Shown here in pieces: positions 40,604 to 51,423 of a stretch of DNA of 64,000 bases (position 1 is its first letter; each line of letters opens with the position of its first letter). A model generated the notes under the pieces. That model ran no database searches and was not told where the DNA came from. It saw nothing but the letters and a program-made list of their open reading frames with translations. This DNA is from Methanobacteriota archaeon (GTDB lineage: Archaea; Halobacteriota; Bog-38; Methanoflorentales; Methanoflorentaceae). The DNA lies in the NCBI GenBank assembly GCA_963720465.1, contig OY970393.1, positions 2,048,001 to 2,112,000 of the forward strand. The letters run 5' to 3'. Made by a program: the position numbers and the translations under genes.

Positions 40604-42628
40604 TCATACTTCTGCTATCGTTGAAATCCCGTGCTCCTTTGATACTCGAAATATCTGGTCTGCAAAGCTCTCCAGTTCTCGCTCGTGCGAGACGATAATC
40701 ACTTGCGGGCACTCGAGCTCAGTCAGTATGTCCTGCACTTTGAGCAGCTGCTCTTTGCTGAAACCATCGGTGGGCTCGTCAAGGATGAGCAAATTCGATT
40801 CCATCGACGTTGCGACCTTGCGCACGATCATATTGAGGGCGAGTCTGTATGCGAGCGCGACGCTCGTTTTTTCGCCGCCACTGAGGTAGTTTACGCTTTG
40901 CTCGTAACCGTCCTGCTCTACGATTACAGTGAATTCCTCATCAATGCGGGCGCTCTTTGTGGGGTCCTCTACCAGCAATTCAAACCACTGCTGGAAGAAC
41001 TGATTAAACTCCTGCTGGAATGCTATCATGACGTGCCGCTCAATAGCCTCCAAGGCTTTTATAAAGTAGTCCTCAAGCCAGATCTTATTTTCAGTCAAAA
41101 GGCGTGCTTTTTTAACGTCACGTTCCTTCGCTTCGACTTCCCGTTCCAAGGAACCCAAAAGCTTTTTTTGCTGCTCGACGGTAGCGTCCAGTGACGAAAG
41201 CTCTTTTCCGATCTTCGACACGGCGTCGGCCGCTTCGCGTCTTTTGCCCTCAAGGTTTGCCAGATCCGCAGCGATCTGCTTCATTCTTAGTACCTCATCG
41301 CGCGCCTGCTCTAACGACTCTCCTAGCGTTAAGATTTCGCGCTTTGCCGTTCGAATTTTTTCCTCGTTGCGCTGGATTTTCTGCCGTACCATGTCCGCCG
41401 GTTCTTGCAGCAGCGCGAGCGTGTCTTGCGACCGGCCATACGCTTCGAGGGCACTAAGGAGCGCGCCAGCCTCAGTCAGATCTCTTTCCGTGTCGTCGAT
41501 TTGCTGCTGCACCGCGCCCTTTCTGGCATTCTCAGCCGCAATCTTTTTCGCACACTGCGTTGCGTCGGCCTTTCTGCCACACGTCGGGCAGATCCCGTCC
41601 GCGCGGATACGCTCGTAATTGTTAAGGGTGGACTCGATAAAGGCGGCGCTCTGCGCAAATTCCGCCTGCGATTGTTTCAGCACGTCGATCGACGCTTTGA
41701 ACTCGCGTTCGTTTCGCTCAGTCGGCCTTTTCATCTGTCGCAATCCCTCCATTTGTTGTTCTCGCCTTGCGAGCTCGTCTATGGCTTTGGCGAGCTCACG
41801 TTGGGCGGCCCGGATGTCGTCTTGAGCTCGTGCAATCTGTCGTTCGAGCTGCGGAAGTCTGCCCTCGGCTTGGGCAAGTACCTCTTTCTGGCTGCGCAAA
41901 TGGTCAAGTCGCTCGTTAATGGCATCCAGCTCGTCTTGCAGTTGACCTTCTTCGGTTCGCTTGTTTGCGATTGTTTGCTCCGATTGGCGTATTTCATTGT
42001 CTAGGGAGAGCAACTCCGCGCGCTTGGTTTCCACATCTGATGCGGAGGCCTCGAGAATCGCAGCCCTTGTGTTGCAAGCGGTAACTGCGAGTTGTGCGTT
42101 GTCTCGCGCGATCTTGTAGTCCTCGATCCGGAGCACCTTGTAGAGCGTTTGCAGCCGCTCTTTGGCATTGAGGGCGAGAATTTCTTTCATCTCCTCTTGA
42201 GGGGTGAAGATCGCGTAACGATAAATTAGGCTCTGAGCTCGAGGGTCCCGGGGCTCGTTGAACTCCAATATCTCCAGAATGCGCTCCTTCAGTTCGCTTG
42301 GACTGAAGCCCGTTACGCCGTCTGGTCCTTCAAGGTGCCCCTCACCTTGTTGCACGGTGCTGCCTTTTCGCACGAGCGTTCGGCGCACAACATACTCGTC
42401 TCCATCTACCTGGAAGGCAAGACTGACAGAGCCTTTCGACTCGTTTGTCTTGAGCAAAGAGCCACCTTTCTGTGATCCGAGGCCGAAGAGCGCGAATTCG
42501 ATGGCCATCAGAATGGTCGACTTTCCCGAACCGATGTCGCCTTCAAAGAGTGATATACCTGGGGGGAACGCTATCGTCGCCGTCTTGTAGCTCCTGACGT
42601 TTTCAAGTTTTAGGGAGCGCAGTATCAC
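40604..42628 (-). CDS. rad50: Rad50/SbcC-type SMC ATPase (short, 674 aa)
   Basis: GDIGSGKST Walker A, CPTCG zinc hook, LSGGEK signature, LILDEPT Walker B, IIVSH. Confidence 0.95.
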   Translation of the reverse strand: MILRSLKLENVRSYKTATIAFPPGISLFEGDIGSGKSTILMAIEFALFGLGSQKGGSLLKTNESKGSVSLAFQVDGDEYVVRRTLVRKGSTVQQGEGHLEGPDGVTGFSPSELKERILEILEFNEPRDPRAQSLIYRYAIFTPQEEMKEILALNAKERLQTLYKVLRIEDYKIARDNAQLAVTACNTRAAILEASASDVETKRAELLSLDNEIRQSEQTIANKRTEEGQLQDELDAINERLDHLRSQKEVLAQAEGRLPQLERQIARAQDDIRAAQRELAKAIDELARREQQMEGLRQMKRPTERNEREFKASIDVLKQSQAEFAQSAAFIESTLNNYERIRADGICPTCGRKADATQCAKKIAAENARKGAVQQQIDDTERDLTEAGALLSALEAYGRSQDTLALLQEPADMVRQKIQRNEEKIRTAKREILTLGESLEQARDEVLRMKQIAADLANLEGKRREAADAVSKIGKELSSLDATVEQQKKLLGSLEREVEAKERDVKKARLLTENKIWLEDYFIKALEAIERHVMIAFQQEFNQFFQQWFELLVEDPTKSARIDEEFTVIVEQDGYEQSVNYLSGGEKTSVALAYRLALNMIVRKVATSMESNLLILDEPTDGFSKEQLLKVQDILTELECPQVIIVSHERELESFADQIFRVSKEHGISTIAEV

Positions 42629-43884
42629 TTTTCAAAGGCTCCTTTCAGATGAAGAACGCCGAGCGCGTCTTCGAGCATGCGCACCTCATAGTCCTTCTTA
42701 TTCTCGGCACTTCGGTCCTCGCTAAGAACTCTCAACAGCTCAAGGGAAAGCTTGACGCCTGAATCACTCTTGAGGCCGGGAATAGCAGTGTGTACGGTCC
42801 CGATATTCTCGGTGAAGAGCCGCTCTTCGATAACCGTTACGTCCTCTCCGGCCACCTTTATAGCGGCGTAGTCAGCTGAGGTGAGGCCGCGGCGCCCGAG
42901 ATGCACGTCGACAGCGCCGCGCTCATAAAGCAGATTCTGCAGCTTTACAAAGTCTACGTCAGACGTTTTTCCACCGGATAATTCGCCCCGTATCTTCAAT
43001 ACGACGATCTTACCGTCAACGTCGAGGCTGCCAAATGATTCGGCGAGTGCGTCCTGGGCGCGCGACGAATTGAGCCCTGTTAGGTTATACTCTTTGTACG
43101 TGCTCTCGACCAAACCCGTCTCAACGAACTCCACGTCTGTTACCGTTTGATCGAAGTTTATGATGTAAAATCCCCGGCGCTCGCCCCTGGCCGTGAACTC
43201 AAAATCACGCCCATAACCAGCGAAAAGCGGCCCGGGGAACACAATCCTGTCGTATGCTGGGAGGCGGTGCTCTGAGTGCTGATGAACGTGTCCACCGGCG
43301 TAGTAGTCAAAACCCTTTGGGAAGAGCGAGATAGGGATTGAGTCCATCCTACTGAGGTACTCGGGCTTGAGCTCGTCAATGCCGGAGTGAAAGGCAAAGA
43401 TCTTGAACCCGTCGAGACGTTCGAGATCGTCTCGATCGAGCATGTCATAATACTCGCGCTCTAACCCCATCCGCCGCGCTGAGATACCAACGAGCTTCGC
43501 GCCCGTGCGCGCGTCTACGATGCACTCGAGTTTGAGCGTGCCGTCGATGACTTGTGGCTTTACAATCTTCGTTAGGAGGCCCGCGCTTTCGATCACGTCG
43601 ATAATGGACGTGCTCGTGGGCGTGTAATCATGACTTCCGTAAATAGCGTAAATCGGTATGCCGTGTTCGGTAACTTCTCGCATCTTTGCAACGGCTTGCC
43701 TTACTGTGTTGAGATCCGAGGGCACCCCGACGTGGAACAGATCCCCTGAGATGACAATGAAATCGACTGCGCGCGTAATGCAAATGTCCATGGCTCGCAC
43801 AAAGGCGCCGATCTCCAACTCCGCCATCTTCCCGTGTCGGTTTGCACCGAGATGGACGTCTGCCATATGGGCAAATTGATGCAT
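42625..43884 (-). CDS. mre11: Mre11 nuclease
   Basis: ADVHLG, SGDLFH, GSHD, AFH, YYAGGHVH. Confidence 0.95.
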   Translation of the reverse strand: MHQFAHMADVHLGANRHGKMAELEIGAFVRAMDICITRAVDFIVISGDLFHVGVPSDLNTVRQAVAKMREVTEHGIPIYAIYGSHDYTPTSTSIIDVIESAGLLTKIVKPQVIDGTLKLECIVDARTGAKLVGISARRMGLEREYYDMLDRDDLERLDGFKIFAFHSGIDELKPEYLSRMDSIPISLFPKGFDYYAGGHVHQHSEHRLPAYDRIVFPGPLFAGYGRDFEFTARGERRGFYIINFDQTVTDVEFVETGLVESTYKEYNLTGLNSSRAQDALAESFGSLDVDGKIVVLKIRGELSGGKTSDVDFVKLQNLLYERGAVDVHLGRRGLTSADYAAIKVAGEDVTVIEERLFTENIGTVHTAIPGLKSDSGVKLSLELLRVLSEDRSAENKKDYEVRMLEDALGVLHLKGAFEK

Positions 43885-43895
43885 CGTTGAAAGCC

Positions 43896-45497
43896 TCAGA
43901 CAACTCTTCGGTTGGGTTTTAGGTGAATGTCGTGCTTGTCTTCAGGGGTATCTCTAGTGGGGTATTCTGCCACGTAGTCGCCAAAGAGTGGTACCTGGAT
44001 AGGAATTGCAAATTTGGTGAATATGCTGCTTACGATCGCCTCCCCTTTGTCCAAACTACCAATCGTCGCGTAGTCCTCCTTGAGGTCTTGTGCGGCGCTA
44101 CTGATGATCGCGTTTCGTTCGCTAGCCATCTCGTTTCCAAAGATGATCTTAGTATTCAGGTTTGCTAAGACCGTAGTGGGGATAACGCTCGTTAACTGGG
44201 TAATCGCCACGAGGCCGATCTTAAATTTCCTTCCTTCGCGCGCGACGGTGCTGTACGTTGTATCGCCCCCTTGACTTAACACGTCGGCGCCGAGCACGCG
44301 CGGAGCCTCTTCGATCACGATGCTTACCACGGGCTTATCCTCGAGTTTGGAAACGCCGCTGCTCCCGGTCTCTTGTTTGTACCGTTGATACTTCGTCAAA
44401 ATCTCGTTTATGACCAGGCTTCCGATAAGGAGCTCAGCTTTGTCGCTAAGCCTCGACGTATCAACGACAACGATCATTCCGCTTTCCAGCGCTGCGATCA
44501 TTTCGCTGAGCGTCGACTCTCCTGAGGTGGCGCTAAAGGCTCGGTTGTAACAGATAAGGTCTCCTTGCTCGTTGACGTCTAAACCCAATGCCGTCTTAAA
44601 CTTCCTTTGAAGGACAGCTGCGGTCATTGGGGCGACGTTTTCAGGTCGCTCGTCTTTAAAGATGGCTTCGATCCACTGTTTATCCTTTTTGTGGGCGAAG
44701 TAATAGCCGTACAGCGCTTCAGACTGTGGGTCGGTGAGGTTAAAGAGCTCCTCAATATGCCATGGCATTATCGATTTTAGGTTAATGACAAGCGTGTTTG
44801 TTCCTGCAGGGGCCGCAAGCGAGTAGTACTTAATCTTGTCTTTTGCGTCAGGGTGATTGCTCAGGCCGAGTTCTTTGCCCCTGCCGCCATAATACTCGTC
44901 GTGCGGGTCGAGGACCAACACGCCGAGGTCGTCGTCGTTTACCACGCTCCACAGCAGAACCTTCACAAGGTTGCTTTTTCCTCTGCCCGTCGTCGCGGGG
45001 ATGAGCACGTGGTGGGTGAACAAGTCCTGTGCGTTGAGTCTCACGGGCACGTCGAGGACGTTCGACCCGCTCCGCACCTTGCCAAGGTACGCCGTGTTCT
45101 TAGGAACGTCCATAAACTGAAGGTCCTCGTTGACTACGTGCCGAACTGAAGAGAAAAAGTCGGGCAGCGCCTTTGGAATCGTAACGCGGTTTCCTGAAAC
45201 TAAGGCGACAGCTCGAGCTTCGGCCAAAACATAGTTACGCAGACTCTCATCGAAAAACTCGAGGCTGCCCCCTCGTCTTTCAAGTTCGAGTCCCGCGGTG
45301 AGTTCAAGCACTTCTCGAGAAACTTGGCTGCCGTAGAACAGGTTGTGGACTTGGAGGATGAGTGAGCCGTCTCGGCTTTCTGCAACTAAGAGATTCCCCA
45401 GCTCTATTTTCGTGTCAGTCTTCTCTCTAATGAGGATGTGCGCGACTTTGCCTGCAATGATCTGGCCGACGATTTCCAACTCTTCCATTCGTGTCAC
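43896..45497 (-). CDS. herA: HerA helicase/translocase
   Basis: N-terminal HAS-like region, [30 protein letters not shown]. Confidence 0.93.
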   Translation of the reverse strand: MTRMEELEIVGQIIAGKVAHILIREKTDTKIELGNLLVAESRDGSLILQVHNLFYGSQVSREVLELTAGLELERRGGSLEFFDESLRNYVLAEARAVALVSGNRVTIPKALPDFFSSVRHVVNEDLQFMDVPKNTAYLGKVRSGSNVLDVPVRLNAQDLFTHHVLIPATTGRGKSNLVKVLLWSVVNDDDLGVLVLDPHDEYYGGRGKELGLSNHPDAKDKIKYYSLAAPAGTNTLVINLKSIMPWHIEELFNLTDPQSEALYGYYFAHKKDKQWIEAIFKDERPENVAPMTAAVLQRKFKTALGLDVNEQGDLICYNRAFSATSGESTLSEMIAALESGMIVVVDTSRLSDKAELLIGSLVINEILTKYQRYKQETGSSGVSKLEDKPVVSIVIEEAPRVLGADVLSQGGDTTYSTVAREGRKFKIGLVAITQLTSVIPTTVLANLNTKIIFGNEMASERNAIISSAAQDLKEDYATIGSLDKGEAIVSSIFTKFAIPIQVPLFGDYVAEYPTRDTPEDKHDIHLKPNRRVV

Positions 45498-46606
45498 CCC
45501 AGTTTGTTTAAGACGTTATGAGCGTCCGTAGCCTTAACATGCCGATAAAATTTCTCCCACTTGCCCATCGCTGCCATCTGCGACCGCAGTATGGCAAAAT
45601 AATGCTCACGCTCCAAACTCGTTACTCGCGCGAAGCGGTCGGCGTCGATGAGCCCGTACGGGTATCCGGGGAACGTATAATCCGCTGAATTTTGCACGAG
45701 CTGCGTGAGAATCTCATTAAGCGCACGTTCGTCGAGTGACAGAAATTGATCTCTTTGGATCTCTAATCGAAATATACGCTCTGAAATCGCGTTGAGCTTA
45801 ACGCCGAGTATGAAAACGAAGTGGTCTTTGCTCGTTCCGTCCGCTATCGGGTAGTACCATTCTGTGGTGATGCCCTTTTCAGCCGAGAGCTTATCAAGTG
45901 CGCCGAGCAGGGAGTAGCCCGTGTCAGTGAAAAGAGCGCTCGTCTTGGAAAGTCCTGCGAGAATGACCCCTTTTTTCTGTGCTGCCTGACTAAGCTCGTC
46001 TAAATACGCGTACTCATTTGGGAACGCCGTTTGAAGGGTGCCGTCGAGCACTATAACGTCGCCAGGCGCAAGCTCATTTTCAACGACGCTCTTTGCAAGT
46101 ACGAGCTCTGAGAATCGTCGAGAGATAGAGCCGACCCTATAAATGTCCGCCCGTTGGGTTCCGATGGTAATCGAGCGATCCATCGAGCTAAAAGAGAGGT
46201 CGCGTTCACGTGGGAGGATGGCCTCTTCGCCAGAAAGCGGGAAAAGCGAGGTGTTGTAGTGAATCTCTCCTCTTTCGAAGTCAGAAAACGTCGCAGCGAA
46301 GAACTCGATCCGCTGAGGGATTGACTTTTCAGGTATCCTCTTATTTCCGCTCCACATGCCAAAATAGACCCGGTTCAGTTGGACTGAAAAGTTGGGAGCC
46401 CCGAATACCTCTTGATTGCCACCATCAACGAACGCAATTTTCTTATCAGAATCGACGCGTTGGATTTCTTTAAACCCGTCAGTCGTCAGTGGGGAATGCC
46501 GTATGCCTCGCTCAGGAAAAAACGGGTTGCCTATGTTCTCATCGTTAAGATGGGTATCCAAGCGTTTGATAAGCTCGTTGGCAACTTGTGAAGTTTCCTT
46601 CTTCAT
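45494..46606 (-). CDS. nurA: NurA nuclease
   Basis: [32 protein letters not shown]. Overlaps herA. Confidence 0.88.
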   Translation of the reverse strand: MKKETSQVANELIKRLDTHLNDENIGNPFFPERGIRHSPLTTDGFKEIQRVDSDKKIAFVDGGNQEVFGAPNFSVQLNRVYFGMWSGNKRIPEKSIPQRIEFFAATFSDFERGEIHYNTSLFPLSGEEAILPRERDLSFSSMDRSITIGTQRADIYRVGSISRRFSELVLAKSVVENELAPGDVIVLDGTLQTAFPNEYAYLDELSQAAQKKGVILAGLSKTSALFTDTGYSLLGALDKLSAEKGITTEWYYPIADGTSKDHFVFILGVKLNAISERIFRLEIQRDQFLSLDERALNEILTQLVQNSADYTFPGYPYGLIDADRFARVTSLEREHYFAILRSQMAAMGKWEKFYRHVKATDAHNVLNKLG

Positions 46607-46886
46607 CTTAAGACCTGTCGGAGGCAACAACACGTTGTGAGTGCAGAAATTGACAACAGTACACGGTCTTACTGTTACTTGCTATTGTCGAGTTTGCACG
46701 TGCGGATTCGGTGTGGGTGTCTGGATCTTACACAGCTTCCACGTCATCTGTCAATTGCCGGCAATAATAAAGGTAGTAGGACGCACGACGAAAGTGTACG
46801 ACTGTTGAGCCGGGGCTTCAGCTGAATGCGCCACATTCTTTGTAGCGCCCCTAAAAGCAACCACAAAATTAGTACGCCACCCGCAC

Positions 46887-47469
46887 TTACTGCGGCTTCT
46901 GTTCCTGCCGTTCGTCGATGCGGAAGACGTGACCGCCGTTCATGCACACGCAGGCGAACGCGACAGGATAATCCCTCAACACCATATAGTTGCTGGTGAG
47001 GTCGTAGAGCAGCATCACGATGGTCTCCTTGAGGGCCTTGCTGTTTGTGTATTCGGTGAGGGGCTCACATATTCGGTCTGCGATGTTCTCACGCGTGTCG
47101 AGAGCGCCATGCATGAGCAGGTGGATGACCCCGCCGATTGCCCGAGGCGTGAGCCTGGCAAGGCAGTCCTCCTCGCCGGTCGTAAGGTGTTCGAGCACGT
47201 TTTTCGCGTCACCAAGGCGCCCACTAGAGAGGTGTGCGAACGTCTCCGCGAGTTCCTTAGGGCAATCTCTCAATGCGGTGTTGAGCACCGCGGCGAGTAA
47301 GCGCACATCGAGTGTGGTTGTGCGTCTCTCGTGCCTCTCGCGACTCTCGAGCTCTAAACGTTCCAATCGTTTTTTCATTTGAATACTCATTGGCACCTTC
47401 CGCGTCAAACCGTTGCAACTGTCGAATACGGTCTTTCATCAGCTCCCTCTGTTCGGCGCTTTTTGTCAT
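46887..47469 (-). pseudogene. Hypothetical element gene, probably one gene with a +1 frameshift near 47409
   Basis: ORF 47469 (GGAGG RBS) joins ORF 47408 if one T is removed from CGG TTT GAC. Confidence 0.5.
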
Positions 47470-47481
47470 TTCGACCCTCCT

Positions 47482-48138
47482 TCAAAGCGCCCGGTTCGTG
47501 GCCGAGACACTCTCGAGCCGTTCGAGACGCGTTTGCAGATCAGCGATCTCTACTCCTCTGAAGATTGAGTTTATCAGTGCCATCTCGTTGGCTGCGGTGT
47601 GTCCATCGATCTTTCTTGCTCGAAGACGCTGCAGGGTTGTAAGCTGCAGCGTGACGAGGTCATCTGCATCTACTGTGTCGTTGTCGCTTCCCTGCCGTCC
47701 AGCAGGAGCGTTCACTTTTGATGCTTTTCGAGCCTTTCGCGAAGCGATCAGCTCGCGCAGCTCCTTTTGGTCCGCAATCTCATCATTGTCACGCAACGTC
47801 AGTGCGTTACGAGCCTCTTCAACGCGAGTGTCCAGTTTGATCATTATGTCATAGAGTTTGGGGGTAGGCACGCTGACCAGGTCGCGCTTTTGGATCTCCT
47901 CATTCACCCGTGCAAGCTCAACGCCGTAGCGTTCGATTTGTGCCTGTAATGTCAGTCGGTACCGCTCCAGGAGCGCATTGAGCTCTATTACCTTCAGGTT
48001 CTCGATCTGTTCCTTGAGCTCGCGTTCAAAACGCACCACCGTCTGCAGTCCGATCTCAAGTTCATCTGCGACTGCCCTTTGCGATTTGCCGTGAGCCCGC
48101 AGCTCAACCAATCGGTGCTTCTTCTCAATATCTTTCAC
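47482..48138 (-). CDS. HTH + coiled-coil protein typical of small integrated elements
   Basis: LRAHGKSQRAVADELEIGLQTVVRFE HTH and a C-terminal EIADLQTRLERLE helix. GAGGTG RBS. Confidence 0.7.
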   Translation of the reverse strand: MKDIEKKHRLVELRAHGKSQRAVADELEIGLQTVVRFERELKEQIENLKVIELNALLERYRLTLQAQIERYGVELARVNEEIQKRDLVSVPTPKLYDIMIKLDTRVEEARNALTLRDNDEIADQKELRELIASRKARKASKVNAPAGRQGSDNDTVDADDLVTLQLTTLQRLRARKIDGHTAANEMALINSIFRGVEIADLQTRLERLESVSATNRAL

Positions 48139-48483
48139 GTGTCTTTCACCTCTTCCGTGTGTCTCTCGTTCCAAGCGGCGATGACAAGGAAATACACAGA
48201 AAAAAAGCCACGATTATATGAGAAATAGTCCCGCGCTGTATTTGCGACGTGAAAGCGCTTCACATCATCAGAGATTACGTCACCGATAGCGCCCGCGACT
48301 ATGATCTCAGTTTTCACTCGCATCATTAGGTCGTGAATATTCTCAAACCTCCTCGGTTCGTTAAAGCAGACACGTGTTTATTGAGCGGTTGACTATTTAA
48401 AGTTTGGTAAAAAGTTAAACTAATCAACCCATTACGATTAGTCACCTTTATCACCTTTCAACCACTATCAGACTAAGGAGGCA

Positions 48484-48732
48484 TTGGGAGCAATGGCGAT
48501 GTTAAAAACTGACAAGGATACGCATACGAGGTTCATGCGCTACGTAGCGAAGCGATTTATCCAGACTGAAAACAAGATGACGGTCACCGAAGCGCTCAAT
48601 GAGCTCCTTAACTGCGGCGACCAGCTGATCTTGAAGCAACGGGATGCGGAAGGCAGATTTGACCGTATGCCTGAGGATGTCTTGAAACAGCGAATAAATG
48701 ATACAACGAACGAACTTCTCGCTCAAAAATAA
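48484..48732 (+). CDS. Small DNA-binding (RHH/antitoxin-like) protein
   Basis: LKTDKDTHTRF...MTVTEALNELL pattern, GGAGG RBS, divergent from the HTH gene. Confidence 0.5.
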   Translation: MGAMAMLKTDKDTHTRFMRYVAKRFIQTENKMTVTEALNELLNCGDQLILKQRDAEGRFDRMPEDVLKQRINDTTNELLAQK

Positions 48733-48960
48733 CCCTATGCAAGGCGGCCTATTCAGCAATAGGCCGACACCTCCTCTTTTTTATGTCGATCGATCTCAAG
48801 AGAGAGAAAGAACATCTCATACGCAAACGCGCATTAAATATATTTAGCCATTTATATAAAATTTAATTAATAATTAATAAATGGGCTTTTCGTTTGCCTA
48901 AGCGAGTCAGAGCCGTTGGAAGCTTCAACGATCGAAGCTGGTTTTTTAAAAGTAGCATGG

Positions 48961-48993
48961 TTCTGTTACCATTTTGTTACCATTTTGTCACAC
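48961..48993. repeat. 11-bp tandem repeat near an AT-rich tract
   Basis: ttctgttacca ttttgttacca ttttgtcacac. AT-rich block at 48835-48880. Confidence 0.8.
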
Positions 48994-49196
48994 TTTTTCC
49001 GTTTGGTGTGACGCACCTCACGTTCGTAGAGACGTGAGGGTTTCACCGAATCTGACCTCTACTCGTGCCTTTCGCATTTTCTGAGAGGTAAATTCGACTA
49101 GTAGGCGTGACATTCAGAATCTGCTAAGAGCCCAGGCGATATAGATAATGAGCTATGCTATCTTCGCCCCGGCTTCAAAAGAGGTGCTCTCCGCAG

Positions 49197-49457
49197 TTAC
49201 TTTAGAAAGGAGGGGTCTATGTCCCCCTTTCCCTCAAGACTTGCTTGACTTGGCGTCCGAGTGAGGACAAAGGAGATACAATGCCGACGATTGCCAGCAC
49301 GGCGACCGGGTAGAACACCTACGTAACTTTCGACGAGATCCCGCAACTGCCCGGCAAGAAGATTTCCAATGACGGCCTTAGCGCCATACGCGGTAAAGAC
49401 GAGCCCGTAGATCGGTCTGCAATACTTGGTGCCACAAAATGCGGCGTACGAGGGCAC
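49197..49457 (-). pseudogene. C-terminal remnant of an OFA-family MFS transporter
   Basis: FCGTKY...IYGLVFTAYG...IGNLLAGQLRDL. Confidence 0.65.
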
Positions 49458-49575
49458 GATTGCAAGCTAGTCTGCTAGAGAGCCGTATTACCGCAGTATA
49501 TCAAATCGGCGAGTAAACGTGCCGGTTTTCAGAAAATAAAAAGAGAATCCCTGCGAGTGATGCAGGGAGTTCTAT

Positions 49576-50172
49576 TCACCCCAGCGGAGCAACGGTCCTC
49601 TTGTACATCTCGTTTAATACCTGCGCGAGGCCGGCATAGATTGCCACGAAACCGGTGAGGATCCCTTCATAGCCGGCAATCGTGACTATGTTGGCGTTCC
49701 CTGTCATCTCACCGATTGCCAGTAGGAAGAACAGAACGGTAAGTAAGCCAAGGACAACCTGCAATGCCCGGTTTGCTTTGAGCGACCCGATGAACATGAC
49801 GAGCGTAAAGATCCCCCACATCACAAAATATGCCGCCAACGCATTCGCGCTTGCCGCATCCGCGAGCCCTAGTTTCGGAAGGATCAGAAGGGCGACAAGA
49901 GTCTCCCAGAAAAACCCGAAAGACAGGAATGCGGTCATCCCGAACGTGTTGTTCTTCTTCCACTCCATGATCCCGGCAATAATCTGGGCGAGGCCCCCGT
50001 AGAAGATCCCCATCGCGAGGATCATCGAACCGAGCGCAAAGTACCCCGCATTGCTTAAGTTCAAAAGGACGGTCGTCATCCCGAAGGCGGTCAGCCCGAG
50101 CGCCGCTGGGTTTGCGGTCACGTCCAGGTTCCTCACATGGGTGACGTCGATCTCTTCTGATTCGTTTGTCAT
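49576..50172 (-). CDS. satP: Acetate uptake transporter (SatP/GPR1/FUN34/YaaH)
   Basis: [34 protein letters not shown]. Confidence 0.95.
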   Translation of the reverse strand: MTNESEEIDVTHVRNLDVTANPAALGLTAFGMTTVLLNLSNAGYFALGSMILAMGIFYGGLAQIIAGIMEWKKNNTFGMTAFLSFGFFWETLVALLILPKLGLADAASANALAAYFVMWGIFTLVMFIGSLKANRALQVVLGLLTVLFFLLAIGEMTGNANIVTIAGYEGILTGFVAIYAGLAQVLNEMYKRTVAPLG

Positions 50173-50535
50173 ACGTTTATTCTCCTAAAATTTTTTTCAT
50201 CACGCGTACCTTTTGCATCTGCAAGGGCCCAAACAGGTCGAGGGGCCTCCAGAAAAGGTATCAAAGGGGCGAAAAACACTAGAAACAAGATAGATGGCAA
50301 TAAGCTGGGTTGCATTAATAGACCAAAGCTTGAGGACCAGTCGCCCAAAAACGCTCCACAAGTTTATGCTGCCCCGACAAATGTTTGTGGTAAGGCGGGC
50401 GTCACGAAGATCCACCGGCCTTTTTTCTGGGCGCATTCCAAAAAGTGTGGACCTGGCGCTTTCTGACGCTTGACTGTCGCAGATCATCTGGATGTTTCTA
50501 TCACTATTAATAATTGATATAAAAAGTTTCGCATT
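50173..50535 (-). promoter_or_regulatory. BRE/TATA promoter and ~320-nt structured 5' leader of satP
   Basis: GCGAAAC-TTTTTATA on the minus strand near 50533-50519, with several nested helices before the AGGAG RBS. Confidence 0.5.
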
Positions 50536-50745
50536 CGAAAAAAGGCGATCCTGCTGATTGATCGACGCGAATAAGCGGAGCATTACCGTCTCTTGCTCCG
50601 TCTCCTGACGCTAGCCTAGGGAGCTTAACCGAAAGGTTCCACGCTAAACGAGAGATCGCAGCCAAATGACGATAGGAATCTTGTGCGCCGGAACCGACGT
50701 GCAACGCACTTTTGCTGCACGCTATGAAAAGAATATGAATGATCT

Positions 50746-51423
50746 TCAGAAATGACCGAGGGTACTTTGGAAAGGTTGTCCTTCCAGCTCTGAATCGTCG
50801 TAATCGAAGTAATTTAGTATTCTTCCGACGGCCGGAAGGATTTGATGCTTGACATAGTATTCCACGTCTATCTCTCGCTGTTGCTTATCCGTGTCAACCA
50901 CTTTACCTTCTACCTGGGTAAAAATCTCAGCCGGATACGATCTGTCTCCAATCGATCCAGACCCTTTCATAACGAGATATGCAATTTTCGCGCCAACGTC
51001 GGCGGAAAGGCCGTATTCTTTTGCTCGCTTTGCTGCCCTTACGTGAGCTTGGACGGATTCATAGCTCGCTATCTTTTTTGTAAGCGTCTTGTAAATTATG
51101 AGCTTTGCTAACGGAATCTCACCGGCTCTAAGTCTCTTGATCGTACTCGTAACCAGTTCTGCAGCGGCTCCAGGTTCTCGCTTCTCAAGAATGATTTTGA
51201 TAACATCGGATTGTAGCTCCTTTGCGAGTGCACACCAATCGCCTCTCCGCACTTCAAGACCTCTGACAACAATAGTCCCGTCTTCGGTAATCCCAGCGTA
51301 GCGCTTCTTCTTCTCTGTAAAGAAGATAGCTTTGTAGTGTTCTTGCACGTCAAGCCGAATTGGATAAATTGTCGAAAGCTCCTCGATAAGTGCACGGACC
51401 CTATCTATCAGCTCAGTTGCCAT
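50746..51423 (-). CDS. polB: Family B DNA polymerase, C-terminal (thumb) subunit of a split enzyme
   Basis: KKKRYAG, VRGLEVRRGDW, YYVKHQILPAV, C-terminal PIP-box-like QSTLGHF. AGGAGG RBS. Confidence 0.92.
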   Translation of the reverse strand: MATELIDRVRALIEELSTIYPIRLDVQEHYKAIFFTEKKKRYAGITEDGTIVVRGLEVRRGDWCALAKELQSDVIKIILEKREPGAAAELVTSTIKRLRAGEIPLAKLIIYKTLTKKIASYESVQAHVRAAKRAKEYGLSADVGAKIAYLVMKGSGSIGDRSYPAEIFTQVEGKVVDTDKQQREIDVEYYVKHQILPAVGRILNYFDYDDSELEGQPFQSTLGHF

